NCBI RefSeq assembly: GCF_947568905.1
Contig: NC_079167.1
Coordinates: forward strand, 56,544,001-56,608,000
Length of the DNA: 64,000 bases
DNA from: Ostrea edulis
Lineage: Eukaryota
Direction of reading: 5' to 3'
This document shows positions 49,259 to 63,416 of this stretch, in pieces. The notes beneath the pieces are model-generated. The model was not told the origin of the DNA. It saw only the letters and a list, made by a program, of their open reading frames with translations, and searched no databases. Each line of letters starts with the position of its first letter. The stretch's first letter is position 1. A program made the position numbers and the translations under genes.

Positions 49259-51639
49259 ACATATTCTCTTATTTATATTGCTATAATTATTCTACTAATG
49301 TAATATGCGATACTAGATTGCATGCATACAGTTTGACGTCACATGTACATGTAAGGAAAAAAATACAGCTACAGGTGTATATCAACTGTTAGTATTTGGT
49401 TTATTATCATTATATATGTCTCATATTGTGTAACATGATTGTATGTCAACACGTTTGTTGAATAGTTAAATTAGTTGAATTTTTTATTTTTTATTTGACT
49501 TGGGGAATTCCGAATCTGTCAAACTTCAACAAGACAATGACCCACACGTGCAAGAAATAAGAAACCATTATGTACGACTTTGTCTAGTGTTACATCATCT
49601 AGATCTCTGATCTCTGGGCCGACAAAGACTTGATGTCATTGTAACCCGTATCCCTCAGAAGTGAACGATCGTGGAGGCCAAACGTCGATGTCCGCCAATA
49701 TAATGGAAGAAAAACATTTTGGAGTGTTTATAAGAATGATCCTATCTTAGAAACATTTAATTAAACAGGAGGGATAGAAATTGGATCTTATGTCAAATTT
49801 ATTTTGTGGATGAACAACCACGTGTATGTCGACTAAACCAAACCAGAATTTCAAAAGAAATCTTGCATAAACCTGATTCTCCTAATTCAGGATAATCTAG
49901 ATACAGCTATTAAAGTATTTAGCCCTTCCACCAACAGTAAAAGTATCAAGTGTGTGTAAGTGGGTGGGTTTCTTTTTTCATGAATAGTGACTAAGTCTAT
50001 ACATTTCAATAAGTATTTTCTTGTACTTCCAGATGTTTAATATCCCATTCATGAATTAAAAGTAAACTCATTATTTGGTTATTCACCGTTGTTATATATA
50101 CACTCTGCATTCTAAGTAAGAATTTGCAGGGGATTGCATGGATTTATCAAACATTGTTGACTGGTATGCCACTTTAAAGGTGCGTACTAACCAAAAAGGT
50201 CATGTTTTTTGAGGTTCTTACATGAAATAATATGTGTTCCTTTTTCCTTCAAATACCCCCCCCCCTTTTTTTTTAAAATCGGATTTACGTATAATGATTT
50301 GACTTAAATGACACAATGATAACATTTTTAACATAATACTTTTTTCCAGTTAACTTTCCCTAGAGAAGGCTATCAAACCTGGAACAATTTGGCAACGGTC
50401 CCCCGACACGGAATGCGATGCAGACAGTAACTGCATCTTTTGCCAAAATGATCTGCTTTTACCAACTTTATTACACGGTACTATCAGTTCTTAGAATCTG
50501 ACAACTACTAAGAATTTTTCCACACATCTAGATACATCAAGACAGATCACTTTGGAGGACATGTTCGATGTATATTTCGCATGACTTCTGCATAGCAATG
50601 TGACGTATCACTTGCACTTGAAACGGGGGAAAGGGTGGGATGTACATGTACACTGTACGTAAGCTATCACCCGTATTTATAACTTCTATGTGTACATGAC
50701 CAGTTGTAACTAGTCATGACCTCATCGATAAATTAGAGACAGACAATGGTAAGATACCTAGATTTCTGATAAGTGGGGTCACATATGGGATCATCATGGG
50801 GCTCGGATTTTCATATGCTTACATGGAAGTGTACGAAAGGCCAGTGAGCTTATTTTCGTCGCTAAACCAAAAAAATCGTGTTATAACAATTTTCGCAAAT
50901 ATACGCAAAACTATCGCCTTTCGCGAATATACGCGTAATCTTCACGTTATAGTGCATAACGTTTGGACCACGGGCAATTATATCGCGTTGGGTTCAAATT
51001 TAATTTAGTGAATTCGTATCCAAGCGATATAGACATAGACAACATTCAATAAATATTGAAGAAGAAAAATAAGTTGAAGGTTTGATTATTAACCCTATTC
51101 AGTTTTCAAATTAAAGGTTTGTGAAGATGTTTAGGGAAAACTCAAGATCCCATCCCTAATGAAACCGTTCCACGGAACCACAAATAGTTTTATGATATTA
51201 AAGTATGCAGATTGTTTGAATCCATGTACGGAAGTGGCTTTAGCTATTAGATTCTGATCAATATGAATTTTGAAGGTATAAAACTTGCCCGTTTTTATCT
51301 TAATTTTTTTCTCTCTCCAAATTTCTCAATTAGAATAGCAGTAACTTGCTGTAAATAGCATGAACATTATCTGTATCTACCCCAGTTTTCATTTTTGTAG
51401 ACAGACTAGGATTAGCTGGTGGAAGTATGGAACAGGAAAACTATCTCTTTTAAAAAAGTACAAACAACCACTTTCAACTACGTTATATTATTGAGTTTAA
51501 AAAAATCGCTAAAACGCATCAAAGATGCGTATGGCCGAGTTACAGTTTGGAAAATTATGCACGCTTACATTCACGAAGTAAAAACATGCACGTATTTAAT
51601 ATAGTTTATAAGTATGAAGCTTTGAATGGCCGCAATAGG

Positions 51640-52116
51640 TATTTAGTGTGATAATGACCTTGACCTTTGGATTTCAAAAGCAACATGAATCTTGAATGTC
51701 ATCAGGATTTGAAGTCTGATAAACATGCACCAGGAAGTACATATATAAAAGTTAGAGGCAAGCTCAAATCTACAGTATATAGTGAAAAGGAGACCTTGAC
51801 CTTTGGACCTCAAAATAAATAGGAACCTTCCTCTTTTGGATGTGATCAAAATATGCAAGTCTGGCAAAGACGCACCAAGTAGTATGAAAGTTAGAGACCG
51901 GACAAGCTCAAATCTATGGCATTTAGTGTCAAAGTGACCTTTGACCATTTGATCTCAAAATAAATAGGAACTCTCCTCTTTTAGAGGTGATCGTGATATG
52001 TAAATCTCACAAAGATGCACCAAAAAGTATGAAAGTTAGAGACCGGACAAGCTAATTGTGGACGCCCATCCTTCGCCAATTTTTAGCCGAAATTTGCTAC
52101 GCAACTCGGCTAAAAA
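51640..52116 (+). mobile_element. Helentron-like element fragment with ~145-bp internal repeats
   Basis: Repeated GACCTTGACCTTTG(G/A)...CTCAAAATAAATAGGAAC and AAGTATGAAAGTTAGAGACCGGACAAGCT; terminal hairpin TTAGCCGAAATTTGCTACGCAACTCGGCTAAAAA. Confidence 0.6.
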
Positions 52117-52585
52117 TGCTATAACTACATTTTCCTTTGATTTATTCGATAAGCTGTAAAAGTACTCTGTGACCGTATAGTAAGTCAAAAAGATAAATCC
52201 ACACTTTTTATAAGTTATGTCCCTTGACGGTCCTTCATGTTTTTGAGGAGAAACTTATAGAATTCTTACAGCAACTTTTGTAATTTATTTCATTTTGTCT
52301 TTATCATGTGATCTCCTTTTGCTTTGGTTTGAATAGATTTCAATGTCTAGCTGTCATAACAAAAGGATCGGACACAAGTACTTTTAAACTTTGAACGCAC
52401 GACTTCTCAATCAACAACACAAAATATGTTCCAAAAAAGGTACGGTACAATGAAATCCGAGGTCAATAAGATGATCTGCTTCCATAAAGCAGTCAATTAT
52501 ATCAAGAGATATGCAGGAAATATGCACATGTATACAAAAATACAAAGTACACGAGTATTTCGTTGTTCTTCTTCATTGTAATGAA

Positions 52586-52662
52586 CATCTTCGCTAGCCA
52601 AGGGTTTTCGATCAACTTTGCCGAGGAGCGGAGTGGACCGAAAACCCCTGCTAGCGAAGATG
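52586..52662. mobile_element. 77-bp foldback mini-element
   Basis: CATCTTCGCTAGCCAAGGGTTTTCG / CGAAAACCCCTGCTAGCGAAGATG, ~25-bp inverted arms around a ~28-nt loop. Confidence 0.65.
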
Positions 52663-53064
52663 TGTAAAGAAAAAACTATTTTATGCTACTTCTATGATAA
52701 TGAACGCATATTAATCGATAAATTAAGGTTTATGCCAATATTTTGCTTGTATATTCACGAAAAGTTTGCATTATATAACGCGAAAGTCACGCGTTTATTC
52801 GCAAGCGTTACGCATCATAACGCGAAAATTATGCGTTTATTCACGAACATTACTCGTTAAAACACAAAAATTTCGCGTTATAATAAAAAAGTTTCGTGTT
52901 TATTTGCGATAGTTTCGCGTTATAATTTTTTAACTATGAAAATGAGCTTTCGTAGACTTACTTGAAACAGATCATATTTGGTGTGCATCAAGATCAAAGA
53001 GATATAAATGCATGTTAAATACTGTTATACCCGTATAGCAGTGCTTATGACTATACTTGTACAC

Positions 53065-53135
53065 AGTGCTTATTGTTATACATGTACAACAGTGCTTATT
53101 GTTATACATGTACAACAGTGCTTATTATTGTATAC
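53065..53135. repeat. 26-bp tandem repeat, about 3 copies
   Basis: ACAGTGCTTATTGTTATACATGTACA repeated. Confidence 0.8.
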
Positions 53136-56100
53136 AACCGTCTTAATCGTTTTACACGTATATACGTTTCTATTGTCATAATATGAGTGAGCAATACTAG
53201 TAGTACTATCGTTACGTAAATATTTGAAGTGCACATGACATCAATATGGGTTTAGTACAAAATAAACATTTTAACATATATTCACAAACTAATGTAAGGT
53301 ACACGAAGCCGATATTTTAGAGGACAGTCAAGAAATATATGAAATAGGCCTATATAAAGTAAACCTAATCATTAGTTTAAAGAAAGGGACATCTGGTAGC
53401 GGTTTGTCAGTAATAATCTTTGACTCATCTACCTTTAACTGTAAGTTAACTAAAATCTTGTAATTCTAATTTAAAAGATTAGCAAAATACATTCATACAT
53501 ATTTATAATAGAACAAACCAGATTTTGTGACGAAATCCATGAACCAATATTTGCCGACCTTACTGGCAAATAACTTTCAGCAAGTAACAGTTTATGGGGA
53601 AATATGCAATTTCCACTGTCTCCATTGACCTTTTAAAAAAAAGGGGGGGGGGGGGAGAGAGATGACCAATTCATTTCAGAACTATTCTGTTGTATGTTTC
53701 ACAGTTACTTCTGGTTTAAACTATATTTACTATTGACCAATTCACATGAAACATACTGTAAGTGCAGTAGGATTCGGAGACAAGTGCCAAGACTTGTAAA
53801 TCCGTCTTTCCTATAAGCAAGTCCGATTGCTATATTACAAGCAACAATGAGACCGAATCGTCCTGTAGTTACGGTATAAACGTATTTAGCGATTGGTCAA
53901 TTAAATACAATTAGTTTTATCGATAAAACACAAGTATACTAGGGTGATGATAATGTGTGATGGGGTTGTGTGAAATTTTCCTTCACATCATGCGCTTCTG
54001 TCTGACTACAAGACAAAGCCCAATTATTACAGATACATGTACAATGCTTCCGGATTCCTGTGTTACTACAGATCTCTCACTTTGAATGATATATTAATGC
54101 ACTGATTAAAATATTAATATGCTTTCGGATACTGTTAAGTTTGGGTTTCCAAAAGGCAGTATTGGTTTGTGCTAATGTTGTTTGCTAGATTTAAAAGATA
54201 CTTGCCCCTCGGTTGATCCTACAATGGGCATTCTGAGATATAGAGATGGTGTTTGGTGTCTTCCATCTTACCGCATACACATAGAGGGCTATCTACAATG
54301 GGTTTTTTTTGTTTTTAAATACATGATATTTGAGTGAACTACAATTCATACGTGGACTGAATATGAGAAAGTATGGGGGAGGGGGTTGGTATTTCTATTC
54401 AAGTGTCATTTAGAGTATGATATTGATGGGTTACATTACTTTTAGTATCATTATCATCAACGTTATTCTCTCGTTATTCCAACAGTCACTAATAAAGCGG
54501 TTTTTGTATGGTATACACAAAAAGGATAAAAACATGAAGTTTGACATACATGTATGCTTAGCACTATATTCGTCATCTAATGCATTTAAAACCGTGTTAA
54601 AATCCGTTCGAAATTAATTCAAAACTAACACCCATCAGTTATAAAAATATTTGTCAAAAACTAACATTGAAATGTTTAGTAATGAAAGCCTTCACTGCGC
54701 AGCCACATCGATCCCCTTTGCAGTATATGTGCAATACAAAGCGGAAAGACAACAGTCTGCAGAAACCGACACCACAAAAACTATTTAAACTCCTTTCTCA
54801 GCGAGCCAAGTTCACTTTGTTCAACAGGGCTATCAGTCGCTGGATTATCAGATCGGGTCGACAAACAGGGTTTTCATATGACAACGTAAATATATCCAAT
54901 ATATTAATCTCCTTAAAAATAAATCGTCCGTGTACACGACACCTGAAAAAGAATTTCTCCAGTTGTGGACAGTGCATTGACCTACCCATGTGGTGTTGTA
55001 TAAAAATAAAATATTGCAGATAGTTTGAAAACTATCAGGATACATGATGTTTAGTATGCATTTTCTTTTGGTTGTTATTCATACAGTATACTTTGATAGT
55101 GTTGGTTGTAATTTTAATGATCTATTATCAATACTACCACCTTATTTACAAGTACATGTCGCACAGCTTTAACAATGGATTGGAGAACAGCGACAGATAA
55201 TATCACCTCCAGATCAAACCAGATGTTCACAGGTATCTCAAACTCTAGTAAAAGAATTTCCAATCTTGCAAAGGCTGTGGAGGAATCAAACCATACTTCC
55301 ATGTCCGTCTGGGTTTCAAGGTCATATGTAAGAAATCAAGGTCACTGGAAAAATATCTGGGCATCTTTCACCCCTCTACCAGGAATGGTACCGAAGATAT
55401 GATTGTCAATGTAGAGGGTTAATGTCTTTGGAGGGAAATTCTAAAATATAAGCTACATTTCAGCAACAATATGTACATAAGATTACAAGGTCAGATATAA
55501 AACGGCAAGGTAACTGAAAGTGAAATCACCGAGTACTGAATGTTCAAAATTTAATTTTTATCAAATTTTCAGAAATGGTACATGTGCCTTGCAAATAGAC
55601 TGAGCTCCTATTAGTTTTTAAGGTCAAATGTAAAAGGTCTAGGTAAGCAGAAGGCAAATTCAATTAAATATTCCTTGTTTGCAAGACTGAGTATACATAA
55701 GGATGCTTTCTTGCACAAATATCTGGTTTCTTGTTGGACAAGGTAATTTGGATATAAGCCATGTTGTAAGGAAATGCCCCACTTTGCAGAGCCAGTTATA
55801 AGTTCATGGGATGAAGCAGACAACCAGAAATCAGATGCAGATCTCAGACCAATTTTTGCACATACAAATGTGAGTGAAAGTTCCTGTGAGGTATTTATTC
55901 CAGAACACCCATCTGCACTGAAAGTATCTGTGTGTTTCACTTGAAATACAAGTACTATACACCTCAAGCTGTCCTCTCCACAAAATAAAAAGGATATCAC
56001 AAAACATTGTAATGAATTATTTATTATCTATTGCACTTCTTTGGTAACATGTATATTGGTGAAAAATGTGAAAGTTAATGAATTTTGAATGACTCCTTAT

Positions 56101-57894
56101 CAATACATCTCTACAATACTCAATAATGCTGCCTTGAATAAAGAGAATTAGAGGCGAGGTTTGCACCTATATAATGCAAGAAAAACAACTCTGACAGGGA
56201 CGATAGTAACTACAGCTGTCTTAACAGGACATGCTCCCTTTAATTTCATCTCAATGACTAAAGTGATCTTCAAATCATTTTCCAATGGTTGGTATTTCTT
56301 TCAACTCCAAAATCAATAGACAACTTCCTGATTTATGGGGAGTATGTGCAAGAAGTTCCATAACTTTGAGTTTGAAGGAATTAATACGGCAAAAATAAAA
56401 ATTTTCTCAAGTCAGGGCCCTCTCAGCTTGACCACAAAATAAATAGGACACATCCTCATTAATGATTCAAGGTAGACTTCAGTAAAAACTGGAAACCACT
56501 CCATCTACAGTTAGACAAGTTGATTCCAGTACTTGTTTGTTTGTAGATGATATGATAAAAATCAATTTACATTTGAAATGAAATTCATCATATAGCTTCC
56601 TCTGTGCCATCTTCAAAATCTTTGTACTTCAATTCAGAGTCATATCCCCACTTATCAAACTGCATAACGAGTACATTATTTGCAATAAATATATAACATA
56701 CTTTTAAATTCATCATTGGAATGTAAATATGAAAACATCAATCATACTATGTCCAACAAATACACACTAACAATTATTTTTGCAAAAAAGCATCACAACA
56801 TTGTTGGCAAACCATCTTTTTTAACTTTCAATAAACAAAGGAAAAATCTCATTCAGTAAACATTTTCCCTCCTCATTTTTAAGACACTATTCACAAAGAG
56901 GTAGAAACAGCAGTGATTCAGTCCCAGCTTGGTGACCATCAACTGAGAATTACTTTATTCTATACCTTTTAATATTTCCAAGCAATGTTAATGGGTGGTA
57001 CTGCACATTATAATTTCAAGAACAATTCAGTATCTAAAGAGAATATGCTTGAGAATCCCCAAAGAAAATATACTCTATAGTAATACTCTTGTCTACGGTC
57101 TCCAGGCCTGTTTGGAATTTTAAGTATCTATCAACAGCCATAGCCTCTAGATACCTATATCTACGACAGAATCAGAATTAATGACATCTATTAAAAGCAT
57201 TCTGGAATGTTATTCATGGTACTTTTCAAAATTACATACCATAACTTATATAAACTTAACTATTGTCATTTTATACAATCAAACAAGTCATTAATGAAAC
57301 ATTCCAAAAAAAAAAAAAAAAAACCCAAAAAATACAACTGTTTACAGAAAGTATTGTCCTTTACACCCACTGCATGATGCACACTAAAGGACTAAAGGAG
57401 AGCAGAATTTTTTTATTTTTTTTTTACCTACGAAATTCGAACACTATTTTAGGAGGGAAAAATATACCCCAAAAAATTACATTCATAATGTGTTGTCAAT
57501 AATAGATCCTTCTTGTTTCAAAGGTCTCAATATGAGCACTGTGACATGTAAGGGACCTTTCAACTTGCAATAAAAGCCTAGATACTCATAAAAAAAAATA
57601 CAAGTCGTGTCCATAATACATATAAGAAATAAATGTATAGTTTGTTTACAAGGGGGTAATATAAAACAATGAAAGAATGGGTTGTATTGATTATACAACT
57701 TTAATATTATCATTACATGTATTCCATTCTTTGTATACCCCTGTAAAACAAACAACAAATACATTTACTCCTTAATTAATATATTTCAAACTCTGAAGTA
57801 AATGAGCATAAATCAGTATCATGCGAGACATCAGATCTGACAAAGCACCATAAAAAAAAAAAAAAAGCAAATAGGACCATGTAATTCAAGGAGA

Positions 57895-60800
57895 CTAGAC
57901 AAACTGTTCCTCGGACTCCACAATTATCTTCTTAGGAGTGGAGGTACACTTCGGGGATTCTGTCACCCCCGTAATGTCATAATACAGTTTTGAGCTGTCA
58001 GGAGTGGGTGGAGTTAAGGAATCACCAAGGTCAATGTCATCTTCCCCGTTTCTCTGTGATTCTGCCTCGTAGCCGCTGTCACCGTTATATTCGTGTAACA
58101 GGTCCTCCTGCTGATCCAACACTTTTAATGGATCCTCAGAATCCGAGGAAGTCGCTCGACTCTTGCCATCAGAATCCTCATCCTGAGTCTACAAAAATTT
58201 ATTTCATTATTTACCTTACCTTTCATTACACAGTTAGAGAAAAAAAAGCTTAAATAAAGAAAAAAGAACATATAACTTAAATGTACGATAAATGTAAATA
58301 AATAAGTTTAGACCATCAAACAAAAAGGGACATCAATCTAAATGCAGAAAAGCAAAAGTTCAAGTTATGCTCACAGAATTCAAATTAGAAAGTTGATGCA
58401 CACCCTGAAAATATTGTTTTAAAAAAAAACCCCAAAAAACATGTCTGTCCTTTAGCAGAAAACATGAATTATTTTGCAGTATGAAACGTAATTTATATGC
58501 TATAGTGGGTCCTTGCAGGGAAAACAAATATTTTCAATAATGATAATGAATAATTAATCCTCTGTTGAATGCAGTTTTAATATTGGTTTTTTGTCTTTTG
58601 AAAATTAGAAACAATTCTTTTATACATTTTGCATCCAAAAATAGTTACATATTCCTCAGTTTAGAATTGGATATAAAATAGTGACAAAAATTCATTGTTT
58701 ACAATGAGCATGTATTAAAAATGCCAGATCTAGCATCCAGTTTTGATAAATGTTCCGAATATACAATATCTTGGTAAAACTATACATGTTCAGTGATGTT
58801 TTCAAAAATGATGCAATGTAATATACCTGAAAGGATAAATCTTCAAATAAATTACCAACACCAACTAAAGAGACTCGCAAAAAGAATACAAAAGATTGAG
58901 CTGAAAGCAGCATTACTGAAATAGTGCATTAATATGACTACATGTACTTGTATGATGACTGAATCCTCAACACTCTCTGTTCTTAAATGTTTCTCTTCTA
59001 CAGAAATATCCGAAGCCCAATGAATAATAAAGTATACATACATACACACACACATATATATAGAGGCAAGTGTTTTTTTTCTTTCTGTGATACAGCTGCA
59101 TATGAAAATATATTCACATGATGACTTCTAGTGAATGATAAAGTTGCCTCCTGAATGTAATATCTAATGAGGATAAATATCATATATTGTATCAATGGTG
59201 GTGTATTTAGTGCTGAATATACCATTTTGTAAAATTAGCGCAGACATGTTGACAAGCTGAGGTCCAAATCCAACTCCAATTATTCCTTTACATTAAGCAA
59301 TGCAAAAGTTTTTTGCAATGCCTCATACACCGTTGCATTCTTTTTCTACAACAATTTGCCAAGCAAGTCTATGATAAGAGCTTAAATTAAATTCAATCCA
59401 ATCTACAACTAAATTAAACTTAAAACTAGCACACTGAAAGTTTACAGTGTAAACAGACACCAAAGAGTGACATCGATTACAGAAAGTACTCCATCAAAAT
59501 TAATAAACATTCAGGTTCGTTCTACTGTGGAATCAATCCAAATTTGTGGGGGCAAATTTTCATGAATTGCCAAAATTTTTACTGTTTAGTTGAAATGCAG
59601 TTTTTGTACATAGAAAAATTACCAAATTGTAATTGAAATAATGGATCTTCAGTATTTTATTGACTTTTTAAGTTCATGGAAAAGGGGTACCCCAAAAAAT
59701 CATGCTCCCATGAATTTTAATGACTCCAAAATAGTAAGTGAAGAGAAGAGACGTTAAATTCATTCTGGTTTCAAACAAAAAAGAGGTTAACAGGAGAGAC
59801 AAGGAGGAAATTATTAACATTACATCACATCTACATCACATCACAAACTTAAGTAAAGAATAATCCGCAGAGAGCCACCCTATTTGAGTCTTGTAACCAG
59901 AGTTTGCTCCGATGCAAGATGATAGATTACAAAACATACAAACCTCATATATTGTGTCGTGGTGTTTTCCCTAGTGAACAAGAGATATAGTCAAACACTA
60001 AATGAAAATTATAAGCACAATTCTTCTCCTCGGGGTGAGAAATAAAACACTAAATGAAAATTATAAGCACAATTGTTCTCCTCGGGGTGAGAAATAAAGC
60101 ACCTTGGTACAAATTACAATGCAGACCAACAAATATTTGCATGTGCTCTGTCCATGGCCTGAATATATCCAGACAACAATAAAAGCAAGTGCTCAAATTG
60201 TCTCAGAACGTAACTCTAAATATTGAATTCTACTTCACATTACTGGTATACTTCCTATATGTACATGTTGCTAATTTTAACCAAATAAATTTCAATGGAT
60301 GATGTTTAATGAATGGTCTAATTTGGACCTAATGCTAACTGTAATTTAAAACTATATGTACATACATTGTAGATAATAAAACTGTTTACATAATTTCATT
60401 ATTTAATAGGTAAGATATACAAAACTAATCATAATTTTAACAGTGAATTTATGACGCATGACATCACAAACACTTGATTTTTCCTGCAATTTTCATTTCA
60501 TTGACCAAAATTTCTTCTTCTGCAAAAAGTATGGGCCACATACATCAGTCATGAAATGATTGACATATTCTGTCTTTAAATCTACATAAATCTAGTTTGA
60601 GTCCAGATAATTTCCTTTTGAATATCAATATTGTGATGTCATACTCCTTCAGAAGAGGAATCTGATATGGAATAAAATAAACTTTAATCAAAGTTTCTGA
60701 CTACTAGAACATGACGTTAGTTTCATTATGGAAAATTTGGAGCGAGACAATAGATCAAGATATAGAATTAATCTAAATGAGGAAGACCATATCATGCAAA

Positions 60801-62042
60801 TGATTTATAAAAACAAGCAACATAAGATTATGGGTGGTAAATGACAGTGTAGAGAATAAGATTTATCAGGACACAATCAGGATTTATTTTGAATCATTTT
60901 TTCCATTTTACAGTTTCAATGGTAGAAGAATAGTGAAATCCTCATTAACATAGCTGAACTATAGAGACAAATGAAATTCTTGTACATTTACATATTTTCT
61001 GAACAACACCAAAAAGTATTGCATGTAGAATTCACAAATCATAATTCAGCAGTACTTGAAACTAATGTTACAATGGGAAGAAGACATAATGTTAAGCATG
61101 TACATACTATAGTTAGCGGAGTGCGGTCCACAAGGGGATCCCACTCAAGTTCCCCCTCTCCGTGGGACTTTGGTTCTTCATACTGATCTGGATCAACACC
61201 AAGCTCTAAAATTCAAATTAAAAGCTACAACTACAACAACCAAAGTAATAAGCAACAGGGAAAGCAACAATTAAGTCTGCAGGACCCAGTTGTTCGAAGG
61301 TTAGTCAACTTTAACTAACAGTTAACTTGTCATTAACTCTTACATTTATATAGCATTAACTAGATGTTAACTGTCAGTTAAACTTGACCAACCTTTGTGC
61401 AACTGGGTCCAGATTTATAACAATATTCACATACTAAAGCTTCAAGTAACATTCATTAGATAAAAAAAAGAGATGTAAATAACAAAGGTAACTCATAACT
61501 CAGTGACTGGTAAATGTACTAAAATCAACTGAAAGTGAATTTTCCATGATCAACTTTATGAAAATTGTAACCATCTCTTTGGAAAATCCGGTGAGAAGTC
61601 CAGACAAATCATTCTTCTCACAAGAGACATTTAAAAGATCGGCCTTCCTTGTACAAACCTTTTGCCTTCTGTTGCCTCTCCATTTCCTCTAGAACTTCTG
61701 ATATAGAGGAAGCAGGCCTATTCTTTTTACGATTGTACACAGGGTATTTAATACTGTCTTCTGGTAAGAATGTGGTTTGAACTGGGTACTCAGCGTTTTT
61801 AAGGTTTGCTGGTAACTAGTAAATGACAACATCAGAATATCATCTGAACATGCTAAAAATTACAAATGTTCATGTTTTAAGGAAAATAGCAATACCTTTT
61901 TCAAACAATACTCAATGATTTACAAGAAGATATAAATCCAAATGATTTATCATTACTATTCAGACTGAAGATAAAATGCAGCTTGGTTCACTTACTGTGT
62001 GAACTTTTCCAGGGGTAACTCCATTTTGTTTCCTTCTGTTAG
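57895..62042 (-). CDS. 3' coding exons of an unidentified multi-exon gene with an acidic/Ser-rich, probably disordered C-terminus. Exons 61996-62042, 61659-61815, 61108-61205, (one or more unresolved), 58948-58997, 57895-58188 (stop)
   Basis: Open, phase-compatible GT-AG exons: NRRKQNGVTPGKVHT / LPANLKNAEYPVQTTFLPEDSIKYPVYNRKKNRPASSISEVLEEMERQQKAK / ELGVDPDQYEEPKSHGEGELEWDPLVDRTPLTI / EKHLRTESVEDSVIIQ / TQDEDSDGKSRATSSDSEDPLKVLDQQEDLL...SEEQFV*. A phase 0-to-1 exon is needed between 61108 and 58997 and was not resolved. Family not recognised. Confidence 0.7.
59523..59736. mobile_element. Degenerate TA-target MITE
   Basis: TACTGTGGAATCAAT at the left and imperfect inverse AATGACTCCAAAATAGTA at the right. 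Confidence 0.45.
59993..60100. repeat. 52-bp tandem duplication
   Basis: AAACACTAAATGAAAATTATAAGCACAATT(C/G)TTCTCCTCGGGGTGAGAAATA occurs twice. Confidence 0.85.
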
Positions 62043-63416
62043 CTGTTAAAACAAGGTACGTAAATATAATTGAAAGCTGAGACTGAAACAGTAGGAAATA
62101 GAGAAATCTAAAAAACAAAAATTGAAAAAGTTATTCTGCACCTTACAAGCTAATATTAGTAATAATGACCCCACCTTTGACCTGGTACCCCAAAAAATGT
62201 TTTTCTTTTGCCTTCACTTCCTTTCTATTTTTGTACAAATATTATGTTTTTCAGATTGAATGTATCGTGGGATACATATTGTTTCCCATTTCAATGATGT
62301 AAATATCTGGGGCTCCTACATCCCAAGGTTGTAATGCCAGACTGCTCAAAAAAAGAAAAGTTTACATATTTATGGGATTCAACCCTTGAGTCATTTCTAC
62401 TTTGTAGCACTGAGCTTTAATTAGTCAGTTAAAATACCCGAATTATCACCTTATACTCAATCCCAAAATAATTCACTCATCATGACCTTGAGCTTTGGAC
62501 CACAAAATAAAAACGAAGTCTTCCTCTAATCATAAAAAATATGAAGTTGGTAAGTAAAAACTACTGGGTATATGTCACATATAAGTGTTGACAGGGATCA
62601 TCATTAACAGGTGTTGTATTGCCAGGGACAAGTACATTACACAATCCCACAAGTGAATGCTTGGTTGGGCAAGTAATTATCTTTTTTTTATATCCTCAAC
62701 CTACTTTTAAAATAATTGTTGTCCGTGGTGAATAAAAGATGAGTTTTTAAAGATATCCAACACTATTTTTACAATCAGTTGATTGTCAAAGGTCGCATGT
62801 GATGTCACTGTACCATGTGACTACCTAACTAATTAACAAATTTTTGCAATCAGGGTTTAGATTTAAATCCGTTAAGTGACTTATTATCGCAATATTTCAG
62901 CAAACTAACTATTAGAATTAATTACTATATGCATAAGGAAGACAAAATGCATATAATTTAGTATAAAATGGAAACATGCAATGTTTCCTCTAACTATCAC
63001 ACAAAATACAATGTTAAGTAGTTTATTGTAGTACTATCAATACTATTAGTACTCACTACTGTAACATGCGGATGCACTAACTGGACAAGAATATACAAAC
63101 TCTATTGAAAGTTAAATAAATTTAATATATATACGGTGTGACAGTTGGACCGAGCGAAGCATGAAATGGTCATTGACATGTCCCAATTACCGGTAAGTGA
63201 TAATCATAATTCCGATAAGTACGGTAGATTATAATTCATTTAAAAGTAAAATATTATTTATGAAATTTTCCTTGAGCTAAACGCCAAGTAAGATCTAAAT
63301 ATTAAAGGGGGATGTATGAGGACAACAGTTCTACAGGATCCGCCTATTTATTTAATGCAGGGAATATGATGCAAGGTGATGTAAACAGTGCATTGTGATG
63401 TCACATTTAGCCAGCG

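Larger units (their letters stand above)
50832..52954. mobile_element. Probable TA-target element with CpG-rich subterminal repeats, carrying later insertions
   Basis: Left end TACGAAAGGCCAGTGAGCTTATTTTCGTCGCTAAA resembles the reverse complement of the right end (TACGAAAGCTCATTTTCATAGTTAAA); TTCGCG/ATAACGCG-type repeats at 50870-50990 and 52760-52925. It may instead be two separate fragments. Confidence 0.45.

Noticed and set aside
48335-49260. Poly-C/G tracts with a shared GGACAGGGG(G)TAGC motif at about 48340 and 49110
   Set aside because: Probably fragments of a dispersed repeat, but too degraded to define ends or function.
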